64,000 nucleotides of DNA from Hyphomicrobiales bacterium (GCA_025359215.1 JANYHE010000066.1:8539-72538), one strand, 5' to 3'. Shown: positions 53,153-63,939, numbered from the stretch's first letter. Numbers and translations are program-made. The notes: generated by a model not told the origin, from the letters alone.

Positions 53153-54166
53153 ATGAAGTCTATTCTTAAAGCTGCCCTCGTTGGCGTAGCACTCACAGGC
53201 TTTGCATCAGCAGCGTTTGCTGGCACACCAGCTTGCTTGATCACAAAGAACAACACAAACCCCTTCTTCGTAAAGATGAAGGAAGGTGCAACTGCTGCAG
53301 CTACTGCTGCTGGCATTGACCTGCAAGCTTTCGCTGGCGAAAAAGACGGCGATGCTGCTCCACAAATCACAGCTATTGAAAACTGCATGGCTGCAGGCGC
53401 CAAGGGCATTTTGATCACTGCATCGAACGATTCAGTTGTTCCATCACTCAAAAAGGCCCGTGCTGCAGGCGTTCTTGTTATTGCGCTCGACACGCCACTT
53501 GCTGATGCTGAAGCTCAAGACATGACTTTTGCAACTGACAACTTTGAAGCTGGCATGTTGATCGGCGCATGGGCGAAGGCAACTCTTGGTGACAAAGCCA
53601 AGGATGCAAAGATCGCTATGCTCGACATCAACAAAGACAATATCTCGGTTGACGTTGCTCGTGACACTGGATTCCTCAAGGGCTTCGGCGTTGATGTTCC
53701 AGATCTGAAAGTTATGGGTTCGGAAAAAGATGCCCGCGTGATCGGTCATGAATCTTCAGGTGCAAACCCAGAAGGCGGCCAAAAATCGATGGAAACATTG
53801 CTTGCGAAAGATCCTGCAATCAACGTTGTTTACACCATTAACGAACCAGCTGCTGAAGGCGCATTTGCTGCTCTCAAAGCTGCAGGTAAAGAAAAAGACG
53901 TGCTCATCGTTTCAGTTGACGGTGGCTGCCCCGGCGTGAAGAACGTAACAGCTGGTGTTATTGGCGCAACTTCGCAACAATATCCATTGTTGATGGCATC
54001 CAAGGGCATTGAAGCCATTGCTGCTTTCGCAAAAGACGGTTCGAAGCCAAAAGCTTCCGATGGTCTGTCATTCTTCAACACAGGCGTTAACCTGATCACC
54101 GACAAGCCAGCCGACGGCGTCAAGTCAATTGACTCCAAGGAAGGCACTGCAAAGTGCTGGGGCTAA
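53153..54166 (+). CDS. frcB: fructose/mannose/ribose-type ABC substrate-binding protein
   Basis: [46 protein letters not shown]. Confidence 0.85.
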   Translation: MKSILKAALVGVALTGFASAAFAGTPACLITKNNTNPFFVKMKEGATAAATAAGIDLQAFAGEKDGDAAPQITAIENCMAAGAKGILITASNDSVVPSLKKARAAGVLVIALDTPLADAEAQDMTFATDNFEAGMLIGAWAKATLGDKAKDAKIAMLDINKDNISVDVARDTGFLKGFGVDVPDLKVMGSEKDARVIGHESSGANPEGGQKSMETLLAKDPAINVVYTINEPAAEGAFAALKAAGKEKDVLIVSVDGGCPGVKNVTAGVIGATSQQYPLLMASKGIEAIAAFAKDGSKPKASDGLSFFNTGVNLITDKPADGVKSIDSKEGTAKCWG

Positions 54167-54191
54167 TATTAGCCTGATCTCTTGATCATTG

Positions 54192-54224
54192 CGAAAGGCG
54201 GCGGTAACGTCGCCTTTCGTTTAT
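54192..54224 (+). terminator. hairpin after frcB
   Basis: CGAAAGGCGGCG-gtaa-CGTCGCCTTTCG then TTTAT. Confidence 0.65.
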
Positions 54225-54286
54225 GAAGTGCCCACTAAGTGGCACGTGTAAGAAAAATTTGGGAACGCAAGTGAAAAGAGGGCAAC

Positions 54287-55450
54287 ATGGCCACGAAGCC
54301 AAAACCTGCGAAAAAAGTCGCGGTTAAAATTACTGCTGCGAAAGCCACACCGGCTATAAGCGAAAAGCTTGCCGCCGTGGCCACAGCACCGACTAAAACA
54401 ATTTCAGATTTTGAAGCAAAGCTTGACCAAGCCGATAAGGCCGTCGCCTCATTTGCCGAAGATGATAAGAGTTTTGTGGCGCGCGTCCGGGGATTCTTGC
54501 GCAACTATCCTACAGCCATTCCAATTATCATTCTCATTGCGAGCATTTTAGCCTTTGGCTTGATCGCTCATAATTTTCTGCTCCCTAGCACGCTATCAAC
54601 CATTCTCAAGCAAGTCACCGTTATTGGTATTGTGGCTATTGCTCAAACCATTATCATTTTAACTGCAGGCATTGATTTGTCGGTGGGGCTTATATTGGTT
54701 CTCTCCGCGATGGTCATGGGCCGTTTTTCAACGCTTTACGGTATGCCAACATTCCTCGCTATTCCCTTAGGTGTTGCAATCGGCACGCTGATGGGGACAT
54801 TCAATGGCCTACTTGTCACCAAGGCCCGTATCCCGCCCTTCATTGTAACATTGGGAACGCTCTATATCTTTAAAGCCATCAATCTTTGGTACACGGGTTC
54901 TGAATCTGTGCGCAACGCTGATCTTGAAGAAAAAGCTCCAAGTCTTTTGTGGTTTGGCACACCTTTGAATATCGGCAGTGCTGCCATCATTTATGGTACT
55001 TTCGCCATGCTGCTCATGGCTTTCTTCGCCTGGTATTTGTTAAACCGAACTGCTTGGGGCCGCCATGTTCATGCCATTGGTGACGATCCGGATTCCGCGA
55101 TGTTGTCAGGCATTCAAAATGATAAAACCTTGATTTCGGTCTATGCTTTGGCCGGTTTGATCTGCGGCTTTGGCGCGTGGATCGCTATTGGCCGTGTTCA
55201 ATCCATTTCACCAATTGCATTTGAAACTGTCAATTTGGATTCAATCACTGCCGTGGTGATTGGTGGAACCTCGCTCTTTGGGGGCAGGGCTTCGATCGTG
55301 GGCTCCGTTCTGGGTGCGATAATCGTCGGTGTGTTCACCACTGGCCTTTCACTGGCGGGTGTTGATAGCTATTGGCAAACCTTTGCCCAAGGCTGTTTGG
55401 TGATTATCGCCGTTGCAATTGACCAATGGTTGCGGAGGGCTTCACAATGA
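54287..55450 (+). CDS. frcC: sugar ABC permease
   Basis: LTAGIDLSVG, PPFIVTLGT, SITAVVIGG. Confidence 0.85.
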   Translation: MATKPKPAKKVAVKITAAKATPAISEKLAAVATAPTKTISDFEAKLDQADKAVASFAEDDKSFVARVRGFLRNYPTAIPIIILIASILAFGLIAHNFLLPSTLSTILKQVTVIGIVAIAQTIIILTAGIDLSVGLILVLSAMVMGRFSTLYGMPTFLAIPLGVAIGTLMGTFNGLLVTKARIPPFIVTLGTLYIFKAINLWYTGSESVRNADLEEKAPSLLWFGTPLNIGSAAIIYGTFAMLLMAFFAWYLLNRTAWGRHVHAIGDDPDSAMLSGIQNDKTLISVYALAGLICGFGAWIAIGRVQSISPIAFETVNLDSITAVVIGGTSLFGGRASIVGSVLGAIIVGVFTTGLSLAGVDSYWQTFAQGCLVIIAVAIDQWLRRASQ

Positions 55451-56229
55451 CACGTCAACCTATCCTTCAGGCCCGCGGCCTCACCAAACGTTACGGCACA
55501 GTTGTGGCCCTCAACGGTGCGGACTTCGATCTCTACCCCGATGAAATTCTGGGTGTGATCGGCGATAACGGTGCTGGCAAATCCAGTTTGATCAAAGCTT
55601 TGGCGGGTGCAGTCACACCTGACCATGGTGAGATTAAGCTGGATGGCAAGCCGGTTAATTTCCGCTCACCGCAAGATGGCCGCGATGCGGGCATCGAAAC
55701 GGTTTATCAAAACTTGGCTCTTTCGCCTGCACTTTCGATTGCTGACAATATGTTCTTAGGTCGGGAAATTCGAAAGCCAGGCCCACTTGGCAGCATCTTC
55801 AGGATGATGGACCGCACAGCGATGCAAAAATTCGCGCGCGAGAAATTATCTGAGCTGGGGTTGATGACCATTCAAAACATCAGCCAGCCTGTGGAAACAC
55901 TCTCAGGTGGTCAACGCCAAGGTGTTGCTGTTGCGCGTGCTGCTGCATTCGGTTCCAAAGTTGTGATCATGGATGAACCTACTGCAGCACTCGGTGTGAA
56001 AGAATCGCGCCGTGTGTTGGAGTTGATCCGCGATGTTAAAAAACGCGGGATGCCCATCATCTTGATTTCGCATAACATGCCGCATGTTTTTGAAGTGTGT
56101 GACCGCATTCACATCCACCGTCTGGGTCGTCGTTTGTGCACTATCAACTCGAAGGATTTTTCGATGTCAGATGCTGTGGCCTTGATGACGGGTGCTAAAG
56201 AGCCACCGCCCGAACTCTTGGGAACCTGA
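55447..56229 (+). CDS. frcA: sugar ABC ATP-binding protein (single NBD)
   Basis: GDNGAGKS, LSGGQRQ, MDEPTAALGV. Confidence 0.87.
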   Translation: MTRQPILQARGLTKRYGTVVALNGADFDLYPDEILGVIGDNGAGKSSLIKALAGAVTPDHGEIKLDGKPVNFRSPQDGRDAGIETVYQNLALSPALSIADNMFLGREIRKPGPLGSIFRMMDRTAMQKFAREKLSELGLMTIQNISQPVETLSGGQRQGVAVARAAAFGSKVVIMDEPTAALGVKESRRVLELIRDVKKRGMPIILISHNMPHVFEVCDRIHIHRLGRRLCTINSKDFSMSDAVALMTGAKEPPPELLGT

Positions 56230-56843
56230 TGCCGAACCCAAATGAACTCGCAAGCCTTCTCCGTGAAAAATCGGGGAAGGCTTTGCGCTATATGGTGGGC
56301 ATTGCCGGCGCACCTGCATCGGGAAAATCCACACTCGCAAAAAATGTGTGCGATGCGCTCCTTAGCCAAGGCGAAACAGCAATAGTAGTTCCCATGGATG
56401 GCTTTCATTTTGATGATGCTGTTTTGAATGCACGCGGCCACCGTGCTAGGAAGGGTGCCCCGCACACCTATGATGTGCGCGGATTTGAAGTGCTTTTAAA
56501 GCGGATCAAATCACGCGAGACTGAAATTGCTATTCCGGTTTTTGATCGCAGCATGGAGCTTTCACGTGCGGCTGCCGATATTGTCACCGATGAAGCCAAA
56601 TTTATTTTGGTTGAAGGCAATTATCTGCTTCTCAAGCAAAGCCCATGGGACCAGTTAAAACCGCTGTTTGATTTTTCAATTTTTGTCAGCGAACCCATTG
56701 AAGAATTAGAGCAGCGGCTCATCAAGCGTTGGCTCGATCATGGCTTTGACATGGCTTACGCGAAAAACTGGATCGCCAGTAATGATTTGTTGAACATCAA
56801 GACAGTAATCGCCGAAAGTGCCGAGGCGGATATGACGGTCTAG
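56229..56843 (+). CDS. frcK: P-loop kinase, FrcK-like (uridine/pantothenate kinase fold)
   Basis: GAPASGKST, PMDGFH, KGAPHTYD, VEGNYLL. Confidence 0.75.
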   Translation: MPNPNELASLLREKSGKALRYMVGIAGAPASGKSTLAKNVCDALLSQGETAIVVPMDGFHFDDAVLNARGHRARKGAPHTYDVRGFEVLLKRIKSRETEIAIPVFDRSMELSRAAADIVTDEAKFILVEGNYLLLKQSPWDQLKPLFDFSIFVSEPIEELEQRLIKRWLDHGFDMAYAKNWIASNDLLNIKTVIAESAEADMTV

Positions 56844-57268
56844 GCCGCTATCTCTTCCCACGTAAAACTCTGTATCCGCCCAAATCCGGCAACCACATAA
56901 ACCATTTTTGGCGTCATCTGCCAAAATGCAAAATCACCAAAGCCTGCATAAAGTTCAGCATAAGGGTGCTGTGCAATGTAACGGGAACCATCCATTGTTA
57001 TTTGAGACATCACCCCCACGACCGTGGCGCGAAAGCCTGTTAGTGGATCACCTTCATTTGGCAGCTCAGCCACCAATAGGCTTGCCTGCGGATTGGCCAA
57101 CAGCGATTTCGTGTGCCTCGCCAGCGTTGAAAATAAAAACAGCGGCAAACCTGCCTCGTCAGTCGCCACGTTCACAAGTGCTCCAAAGGGCGCACCTGTC
57201 TCAAAATCCAAAACACTCAATGTTCCCGTTTTAGCTCCCGCTAAAACCGTTTTGACCATCTCTTTCAT
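56840..57268 (-). CDS. HugZ/pyridoxamine 5'-phosphate oxidase-like FMN-binding protein
   Basis: GAPFGALV, STLARHT, NPQASLL, GFGDF, VAGFGRI. Confidence 0.8.
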   Translation of the reverse strand: MKEMVKTVLAGAKTGTLSVLDFETGAPFGALVNVATDEAGLPLFLFSTLARHTKSLLANPQASLLVAELPNEGDPLTGFRATVVGVMSQITMDGSRYIAQHPYAELYAGFGDFAFWQMTPKMVYVVAGFGRIQSFTWEEIAA

Positions 57269-57358
57269 TTTTCAACTTTCGGTTCTAAAGTGTCTGCCAC
57301 AATTTGTTCCAGTTTTATACCTATCGAGCTGGCACGACAATAACAGGGATGACGTGAT

Positions 57359-58057
57359 ATGCCGACAGTGGCTTTAGTTGACGATGACCGCAATATTTTA
57401 ACGTCCGTAGGCATGGTTTTGGAAGCCGAAGGCTACACCGTTCAGAAATACAATGATGGGGCGGCAGCGCTTCAGGGCTTGCAAGACAACCCACCTGACA
57501 TGGCAATTTTTGATATTAAAATGCCTCGCATGGACGGCATGGAACTGCTGCGCCGCATTCGCCAGAAAACTGATATGCCTGTGATTTTTCTCACCTCAAA
57601 AGATGATGAGATTGATGAGCTGTTTGGCCTCAAAATGGGTGCCGATGATTTTATCAAGAAGCCATTTTCGCAGCGCCTTTTGGTTGAGCGCGTCAAAGCT
57701 GTGATGCGCCGGGCTGTGCCGCGCGATGGCACACCGATCGTAACCGATGCCACGAAAATCATTGAGCGCGGTAAACTCGTGATGGATTCAGATCGTCACG
57801 CCTGCACATGGGTTGGCCAAAACGTGACTTTAACTGTCACCGAATTTCTGATTTTACAGGCCCTGGCTTTACGCCCCGGCATCGTCAAAAGCCGCGATGC
57901 CTTGATGGATGCCGCCTATGATGACCAAGTGTATGTCGATGACCGCACCATCGACAGCCATATCAAGCGCCTGCGCAAGAAGTTCAATCAAGTTGATGAA
58001 GCATTTGATGGCATTGAGACGCTTTATGGCGTGGGCTACCGCTTCAAGGAACAATAA
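57359..58057 (+). CDS. chvI: OmpR-family response regulator ChvI
   Basis: [37 protein letters not shown]. Confidence 0.95.
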   Translation: MPTVALVDDDRNILTSVGMVLEAEGYTVQKYNDGAAALQGLQDNPPDMAIFDIKMPRMDGMELLRRIRQKTDMPVIFLTSKDDEIDELFGLKMGADDFIKKPFSQRLLVERVKAVMRRAVPRDGTPIVTDATKIIERGKLVMDSDRHACTWVGQNVTLTVTEFLILQALALRPGIVKSRDALMDAAYDDQVYVDDRTIDSHIKRLRKKFNQVDEAFDGIETLYGVGYRFKEQ

Positions 58058-59851
58058 TTGCCGACCAGCGACAACACCGAGCGTCATGATTCTGAAGAGT
58101 TGCATGACGCTGATGATCTCCATGCCGCGCCCAAAGCAAAGCGAGGCCTTTGGCGACGCCTTGCACTGCCGAGCCTAACAGCGCGCATTGCCGTCATTAA
58201 TATTCTAGGTCTCGTTGTTCTGGCGCTGGGTATTTTATACTTCAATCAGTTTCGCCAAGGCTTGATCAATGCCCGCGTACAAAGTTTGATGGTGCAGGGG
58301 CAAATTATTGCGGCAGCCGTTGCTGGTTCTGCCACTGCAGACACCAGCTCCATCGTCATTAATCCTGAATCTCTTGATGATTCAAATAAGAATGCTGATG
58401 CCGATCAAAGTAACCTTGATTTTCCGATCAGTCCCGATACGGCGGGCCCCGTGCTGAAACGCTTGCTGGCTAACACAACCATTCGTGCCCAGATTATCGA
58501 TTCCGGCGGCAGCATGGTGGTGGATTCAAGCTACCTTTATGGCAACAACGATATTATTGAGACCAATATTTCGCCCAAAGATGCCTCTGATAATGTTTTT
58601 TATCGCGCCATCAATAAGGGTTTCGACTGGTTCTTTGCGAATGACTATCCGGTGCATGTTGATTATGGGCTCGACAATAATCGCGGCGTGCCGGAAGTGG
58701 CAGCAGCCCTCAATGGTGCTTCCGTTAGCGTGGTGCGCCTTAATGAAAATAATGAAATCATTGTTTTGGTTTCGGTCCCTGTTCAGCGTTTTCGGGCCGT
58801 CCTAGGCGCTTTGATACTATCAACGCAAGGTGGCGAGATTGATGGCGTTTTGCGCGCCGAACGCCGCATTGTGCTTTACACATTTGGCTTTGCAGCACTA
58901 GTGGCCTTGTTGCTTTCAACACTGCTTGCAGGCACCATTGCATCACCCATCCGCAGGCTTTCAGCCGCTGCCGACCGGGTGCGCCGCGGCATTAACAAGC
59001 GCGTTGAAATTCCGGATTTCACTTCACGTTCGGATGAAATTGGCCAACTCTCTGGATCTCTGCGCGACATGACCAATGCCCTCTACAAACGCATTGATGC
59101 CATTGAAGCCTTCGCGGCGGATGTGAGTCATGAACTTAAAAACCCACTCACATCGTTGCGCAGTGCGGTTGAAACTTTGAGCTTCGTTAAAACCGATGAG
59201 CAGCGTGCCCGCTTGATTGAAATTGTGGTGCATGATGTCAAACGGATGGACAGGTTGATCACGGATATTTCTGATGCATCGCGTCTTGATGCGGAGTTGG
59301 CGCGGGCTGATATTCATCCTGTTGATGTCGCTAAATTGTTGGGCAGCATCGTAAGCTTGGCCAACGAAACAGCCAAAGCAGGGCAAGCTGAAATTCTGCT
59401 TGTGGTGCAGCCCATCACGACAAAGTCAAAAGCCGAGCTGAAATATACCGTGCTTGGCAATGACTCCAGGCTTGGCCAAGTATTTCGAAACTTGATTGAT
59501 AATGCACGCTCCTTCACGGCGACTGGCACCAAACTTCATGTGCGTATCAGGCGCGTGGGCGATGATGTTGAAGTGCGCGTCGAGGATCATGGCCCGGGCA
59601 TTCGTCCTGAGAATTTGGAACGCGTGTTTGAGCGGTTTTACACAGATCGCCCCAGCCAAAGTTTCGGGCGCAACTCTGGCTTAGGTTTGGCTATTTCCCG
59701 CCAAGTGGTGGAAGCTCACAAGGGCCGTATTTGGGCTGAGAATCGCCTAGGCAAAGCTGAGGGTGAAGCTGAGCGACCCATTCTTGGCGCGCGGTTCATT
59801 GTGCGCATTCCGGCCCTGCCTGAAGGCTGGACTGCGGCTGACCAACAATGA
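58058..59851 (+). CDS. chvG: sensor histidine kinase ChvG/ExoS
   Basis: LYFNQFRQGLI, HAMP, DVSHELKNPLTS, NLIDNA, GLGLAIS. Confidence 0.93.
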   Translation: MPTSDNTERHDSEELHDADDLHAAPKAKRGLWRRLALPSLTARIAVINILGLVVLALGILYFNQFRQGLINARVQSLMVQGQIIAAAVAGSATADTSSIVINPESLDDSNKNADADQSNLDFPISPDTAGPVLKRLLANTTIRAQIIDSGGSMVVDSSYLYGNNDIIETNISPKDASDNVFYRAINKGFDWFFANDYPVHVDYGLDNNRGVPEVAAALNGASVSVVRLNENNEIIVLVSVPVQRFRAVLGALILSTQGGEIDGVLRAERRIVLYTFGFAALVALLLSTLLAGTIASPIRRLSAAADRVRRGINKRVEIPDFTSRSDEIGQLSGSLRDMTNALYKRIDAIEAFAADVSHELKNPLTSLRSAVETLSFVKTDEQRARLIEIVVHDVKRMDRLITDISDASRLDAELARADIHPVDVAKLLGSIVSLANETAKAGQAEILLVVQPITTKSKAELKYTVLGNDSRLGQVFRNLIDNARSFTATGTKLHVRIRRVGDDVEVRVEDHGPGIRPENLERVFERFYTDRPSQSFGRNSGLGLAISRQVVEAHKGRIWAENRLGKAEGEAERPILGARFIVRIPALPEGWTAADQQ

Positions 59852-60315
59852 CAACGCTGCAAATTCATGCCAGCTGTGTGGCCTTTGGCAATCAAGGCGT
59901 GTTGATCCGTGGGCCCTCTGGCAGTGGTAAATCTGAATTGGTTTTGCGCTTGATCGATGCTGAAGGCTATGGCCTTGGCGACAATCCGCACCGCGCAACA
60001 CTGGTGGCTGATGATCAAGTGGTGCTGACGCTGATTAATGCTCAAATTTATGCAAAACCGGCACCCGCCCTTGCTGGGCTTTTGGAAATTCGCGGCCAAG
60101 GCATTGTGAATGTGGACTATGTTCAAGATATTGCTGTAGTGTTGGTGGTCGATTTAATGCCTGCGGGCGACATTGCGCGAATGCCTGAAACAAAAGACCA
60201 GAGAACCGAGCTTTTAAGCCTAACACTGCCCCGTCTAGCATTAGATGGCCATTCTGCCGCAGCACCTGCTAAACTTCGCAGCAAATGCTTTTCATCACAG
60301 GTGAAAACGCGCTAG
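59848..60315 (+). CDS. hprK: short alphaproteobacterial HPr kinase/phosphorylase
   Basis: HASCV, GPSGSGKS, VADD, LEIRGQGI. Confidence 0.88.
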   Translation: MTTLQIHASCVAFGNQGVLIRGPSGSGKSELVLRLIDAEGYGLGDNPHRATLVADDQVVLTLINAQIYAKPAPALAGLLEIRGQGIVNVDYVQDIAVVLVVDLMPAGDIARMPETKDQRTELLSLTLPRLALDGHSAAAPAKLRSKCFSSQVKTR

Positions 60316-60372
60316 TAAGACGGTTACGAAAAACGGGGCGACAAAGTTTATGGGTAATGGAGTGGTTTTGCG

Positions 60373-60771
60373 ATGATTGGCTTGGTGCTGGTTACGCACG
60401 GTCGGTTGGCAGAAGAATTCATCCACGCACTTGAACACGTGGTGGGCAAGCAAACCCATATGGAAGCCATTTGCATTGGGCCTGATGACCGGATGGACGT
60501 GCGGCGAGCCGATATTGCGGCCAGCATTGCGCGGGTTGAAACTGGCGAAGGCACGATGGTGCTCACCGATATGTTTGGGGGAACCCCCTCAAACCTTGCA
60601 ATATCATTATTGGAAGAGGGCCGCGTTGAAGTGGTGGCGGGATTGAATTTGCCGATGCTGGTGAAACTGGCCCGCGTGCGCAAAGACTGTAATTTACACA
60701 AAGCCGCAGCTGCTGCTCAAGATGCCGGTCGCAAATATATCAATATCGCCAGCCAAGTCTTGGGTGATTGA
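60373..60771 (+). CDS. manX: PTS EIIA (mannose family, ManX-like)
   Basis: VTHGRLA, TDMFGGTPSN, GLNLPML. Confidence 0.9.
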   Translation: MIGLVLVTHGRLAEEFIHALEHVVGKQTHMEAICIGPDDRMDVRRADIAASIARVETGEGTMVLTDMFGGTPSNLAISLLEEGRVEVVAGLNLPMLVKLARVRKDCNLHKAAAAAQDAGRKYINIASQVLGD

Positions 60772-61043
60772 TGTCCACAATCATCCGTGAACTTGCTATT
60801 GTTAATCAGCGTGGGCTTCATGCCAGGGCTTCTGCCAAATTTGTGAAATGTGCTGAAGGCTTTGATGCCAATGTGACTGTGAGCAAAGATGGCCAGACAG
60901 TGCCCGGCACCTCGATCATGGGGTTGATGATGCTGGCCGCCAGTATTGGATCTTCCGTTATAGTGGAGGCTTCTGGACCACAGGCCGACCAAGCGATGCA
61001 AGCTTTGGAAAAACTAGTGGCCGATAAATTCGACGAGGAATAG
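60768..61043 (+). CDS. ptsH: phosphocarrier protein HPr/NPr
   Basis: GLHARASAKFV, SIMGLMML. Confidence 0.92.
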   Translation: MMSTIIRELAIVNQRGLHARASAKFVKCAEGFDANVTVSKDGQTVPGTSIMGLMMLAASIGSSVIVEASGPQADQAMQALEKLVADKFDEE

Positions 61044-61045
61044 TT

Positions 61046-61501
61046 TTGGATATTCCAGCTTCTGCACTCAAGCCCGATGGTCGGCAGTCTGAAACGGCAG
61101 CCGCCATTCAGCGCGGGGTGGGGCGTTTATTGCGTGCGCATAATTTTTCAATTCTCACCGAATTTACGTTAGCTTCAGGCAGGCGTGCCGATGTGATTGG
61201 TTTGAAGCCTGATGGCACATTGTGGATTATCGAAATCAAATCTTCGCCCGAAGATTTCAGGGCCGATAATAAATGGCCAGAATACCGCGATTATTGCGAC
61301 CGCTTTTCTTTTGCAATTCCCCAAACCATGGATGCTGATTTGATCCCGCTGGAAGCAGGCCTGATCGTGGCTGATCAGTGGGGTGCGGAAATTATGCGTG
61401 ATGCCTCAATCCATCCGCTGCATGCTTCAAGACGGCGGGCGGTGCTGATTGCTTTTGGCCAAGTGGGTGCCCAACGCTTGCACGGATTGTGGGACCCTTA
61501 A
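61046..61501 (+). CDS. mmcB: MmcB family PD-(D/E)XK DNA repair protein
   Basis: GRRADV, IEIKSS, DNKWPEYRDYCD, AARR-like LHASRR. Confidence 0.85.
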   Translation: MDIPASALKPDGRQSETAAAIQRGVGRLLRAHNFSILTEFTLASGRRADVIGLKPDGTLWIIEIKSSPEDFRADNKWPEYRDYCDRFSFAIPQTMDADLIPLEAGLIVADQWGAEIMRDASIHPLHASRRRAVLIAFGQVGAQRLHGLWDP

Positions 61502-63939
61502 TAGAGCCCCTTCAAAAGCCGCTCAATATAGCTGCGCTCCGTCTCGCCCACAGTCTGGTCGTTAGAGCGATTGCGCAATTGCTCTAAAATTTCGCGCGCC
61601 CGGCGCATGGCAAGCTCTGAAGGAACAGTATTTTTATCAGGTCCGGTCTCAGGATTTTTGGAGGCACGTGGTCTCCCTAGCGGATCATCATTATTGCCAC
61701 CGGCTTCACCATCTTTGCCCTGTTCGCCTGTTTTGCCTTGTCCCTGCTCTGCCAGCTTCTTTCCTATTTTCTTAGCGCCATCTTGCATTTGCTTCATAGC
61801 CTCGCCCTGTTGGCGCAACGCTTCATCTCTTGCACCATCATTGAGCGAGCCTTGGGCGTCTTTCATGCTTTTTGAACCCTGCCCTAACGCGTCACCGGGA
61901 TCTTTGCCCATTTGGCGGCCCAAGCGATCAAGCCGATCTGAAAGCTTACCCTGTTTATCTGAAAGACCTTGGCCGGGTTTATCGCCATTGCCATTGGGGT
62001 CTAGCTTTTGAGTCTCATCCATCAGCTGTTGTTGGCGCTTCATCAAATCAGAAAGTTCATCCATTTGCTGCTGCAATTCTGGATTTCCATTTTGGCTTTG
62101 TTCAGTTCCACCGGGTTGCAAGTTTTGCAACAGCTTATCGAGCTGTGACAGCATTTGTTCAGCTGCATCTTTTGAACCACTTTTGGAAAGCTTCTCAATT
62201 TGATCGAGCATTTTTTGCAAATCATCTTTTGAAATGCTTTTGCCGTTTGGTTGCTTGCCGCCTTCAGCCTGACGCTTTTCAGCTTCCTTTTGCATTTGGC
62301 TCAAAAGCTTATCCATGGCTTTGCGCATCTTATCCATCAGCTCAGCAATTTTTTCAGGCGGTGCACCATCGCGCAAGGCCTGCTCCAACTGTTGTTTTAA
62401 GGATTTGAGTTCGGCGCGGGCGTCTGCCAGCTCACCATCTTCAATGGCCACGATCAGGGGCCACAAATCAGTGACAGTACTGACAACTGTATCTGTGTCG
62501 CCAGCACCTGCCAACTCAGACTTGATGTAGGCAAGATTGAGGATGAGCTTGCTTTGCGCTGCTATGCTGTAGGGATAGGCCAATATGGCATCAAGCATAG
62601 TGGCCACATTGGGTGATTCATCAGGGTTCAGAATAAGCGTTTTGCGCTGCTCGATGAGCGCCTTGCTGAGAAATTTGAAAAACCCACGCTCCGGCATTTT
62701 AAACCGTGTGGGCGCAGTTGTTGTGGTGTGGCCTGCAGCATCTGTTGCTGTCAGTGTCATTTCAACATAAAGGCCCGCCCAGGGGTGAGAGGCAAGTTCT
62801 TGGGTGGTGGTGCCAGCGTCTGATTTAGCATTGGGTTTGAAGTTAGAAATTTTGAAAACGGGAGCGTCATAAAGAAACACACCATTATTTTCAAAACCAA
62901 CACCGGTTTCCTGCTGATCGGCGAGTGCAATTTCTGCGCTAATCGATTTTACACCATAATCATCGCCGATTTCCCACCCTACAGTCAGGCCACCCAATTT
63001 TTCTGAATGGGGTTCACCCACCAATTTGATTTTTGGAGCTTCATCAGGAATTAAAGTGATGGGCCAAGAGGCAAGTTCACTTGTGCCATCCATCAGCTTA
63101 ACAATTGCGGGGCGATCCAATTTTAGATCGGCGGTGAACCCGGTGTCGGTCGTCGTCGTCTTTGCTGTGATTGATTTCAATTCAGTTTCAGCGCTGGGTG
63201 TGAGACCCACCGAATAAAAGGCAAGCTTAGGATGGGCGGCACCTTGAACACGCAAGTTTAAAGCGGCATTCTCGGGAACCAGAATGTCGCCACCCGCTGC
63301 AAGTTTTTCTTTCATTGCCTCACTGCTCAACAATACTGGAGCTTTGCCAGTGTAGGCCGGTGGCTTCAACCATGCGTCAATTGTGAGGGGCTGGACGATT
63401 GCAGGATTTGTAAACGTTGCAGCATTTTTAACATTGGCGATCAAATCGCCGGGCCCTAAAAATAGCGCAGAAAGGGCCCCTAACGCTACCGGCACACGCA
63501 AAGCGGCGGGATCAAAACTTCGCCAGTTTGATTTGGGTGGGTCAATTTTCACATCAGCAAGTGCGGCCAGTTTGCGGCGCTCATGTTCTTCCCACAAGGC
63601 AGTGCTTGCTGGGTTTTGCGCTTCAACTACCAAATCATCATCCACGCTGGAAAGACCACGATGTTCAATGCGCGATGAATTTTCCATACGGCGCATCGCA
63701 GCGAGACGCTGGGGCTGGCGCAATTTGATGATATCTTTGAGGGTGTAGATAAATCCCAAGCCTAAAATTATCAGCACAGCGGGAGCCAGATATTGGGGCA
63801 GTTCCGCCAACAGGCCAGAGGCAACAACAATAACAGCAAGACCTAAAATCAGCAGTGGTTTTTGCGCGGTCTGCCACAGGCGCTCCCAAAACAGGGCGGC
63901 CTGTTGTAACCTGATCTTGGTATTCAGATTCGTGCTCAT
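61498..63939 (-). CDS. TIGR02302/DUF4175 family membrane-anchored protein
   Basis: N-terminal TMs, DPAALR, DAWLKPPAYTG, HPWAG, LIEQRK, DPLGR, RAREILEQLRNR, ERSYIERLLK. Confidence 0.85.
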   Translation of the reverse strand: MSTNLNTKIRLQQAALFWERLWQTAQKPLLILGLAVIVVASGLLAELPQYLAPAVLIILGLGFIYTLKDIIKLRQPQRLAAMRRMENSSRIEHRGLSSVDDDLVVEAQNPASTALWEEHERRKLAALADVKIDPPKSNWRSFDPAALRVPVALGALSALFLGPGDLIANVKNAATFTNPAIVQPLTIDAWLKPPAYTGKAPVLLSSEAMKEKLAAGGDILVPENAALNLRVQGAAHPKLAFYSVGLTPSAETELKSITAKTTTTDTGFTADLKLDRPAIVKLMDGTSELASWPITLIPDEAPKIKLVGEPHSEKLGGLTVGWEIGDDYGVKSISAEIALADQQETGVGFENNGVFLYDAPVFKISNFKPNAKSDAGTTTQELASHPWAGLYVEMTLTATDAAGHTTTTAPTRFKMPERGFFKFLSKALIEQRKTLILNPDESPNVATMLDAILAYPYSIAAQSKLILNLAYIKSELAGAGDTDTVVSTVTDLWPLIVAIEDGELADARAELKSLKQQLEQALRDGAPPEKIAELMDKMRKAMDKLLSQMQKEAEKRQAEGGKQPNGKSISKDDLQKMLDQIEKLSKSGSKDAAEQMLSQLDKLLQNLQPGGTEQSQNGNPELQQQMDELSDLMKRQQQLMDETQKLDPNGNGDKPGQGLSDKQGKLSDRLDRLGRQMGKDPGDALGQGSKSMKDAQGSLNDGARDEALRQQGEAMKQMQDGAKKIGKKLAEQGQGKTGEQGKDGEAGGNNDDPLGRPRASKNPETGPDKNTVPSELAMRRAREILEQLRNRSNDQTVGETERSYIERLLKGLY

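Noticed and set aside
57273-57289. Possible ICE upstream of the hugZ-like gene
   Set aside because: Only the right half (TTCTAAA) matches.
60900-61045. LexA (GTTC-N7-GTTC) box for mmcB
   Set aside because: None seen. mmcB starts 2 bp after ptsH and looks operonic.
61571-62408. Gln/Gly/Lys-rich repetitive stretch in the TIGR02302 C-terminus
   Set aside because: Low-complexity coiled-coil tails are normal for this family; there is no discrete nucleotide tandem repeat.
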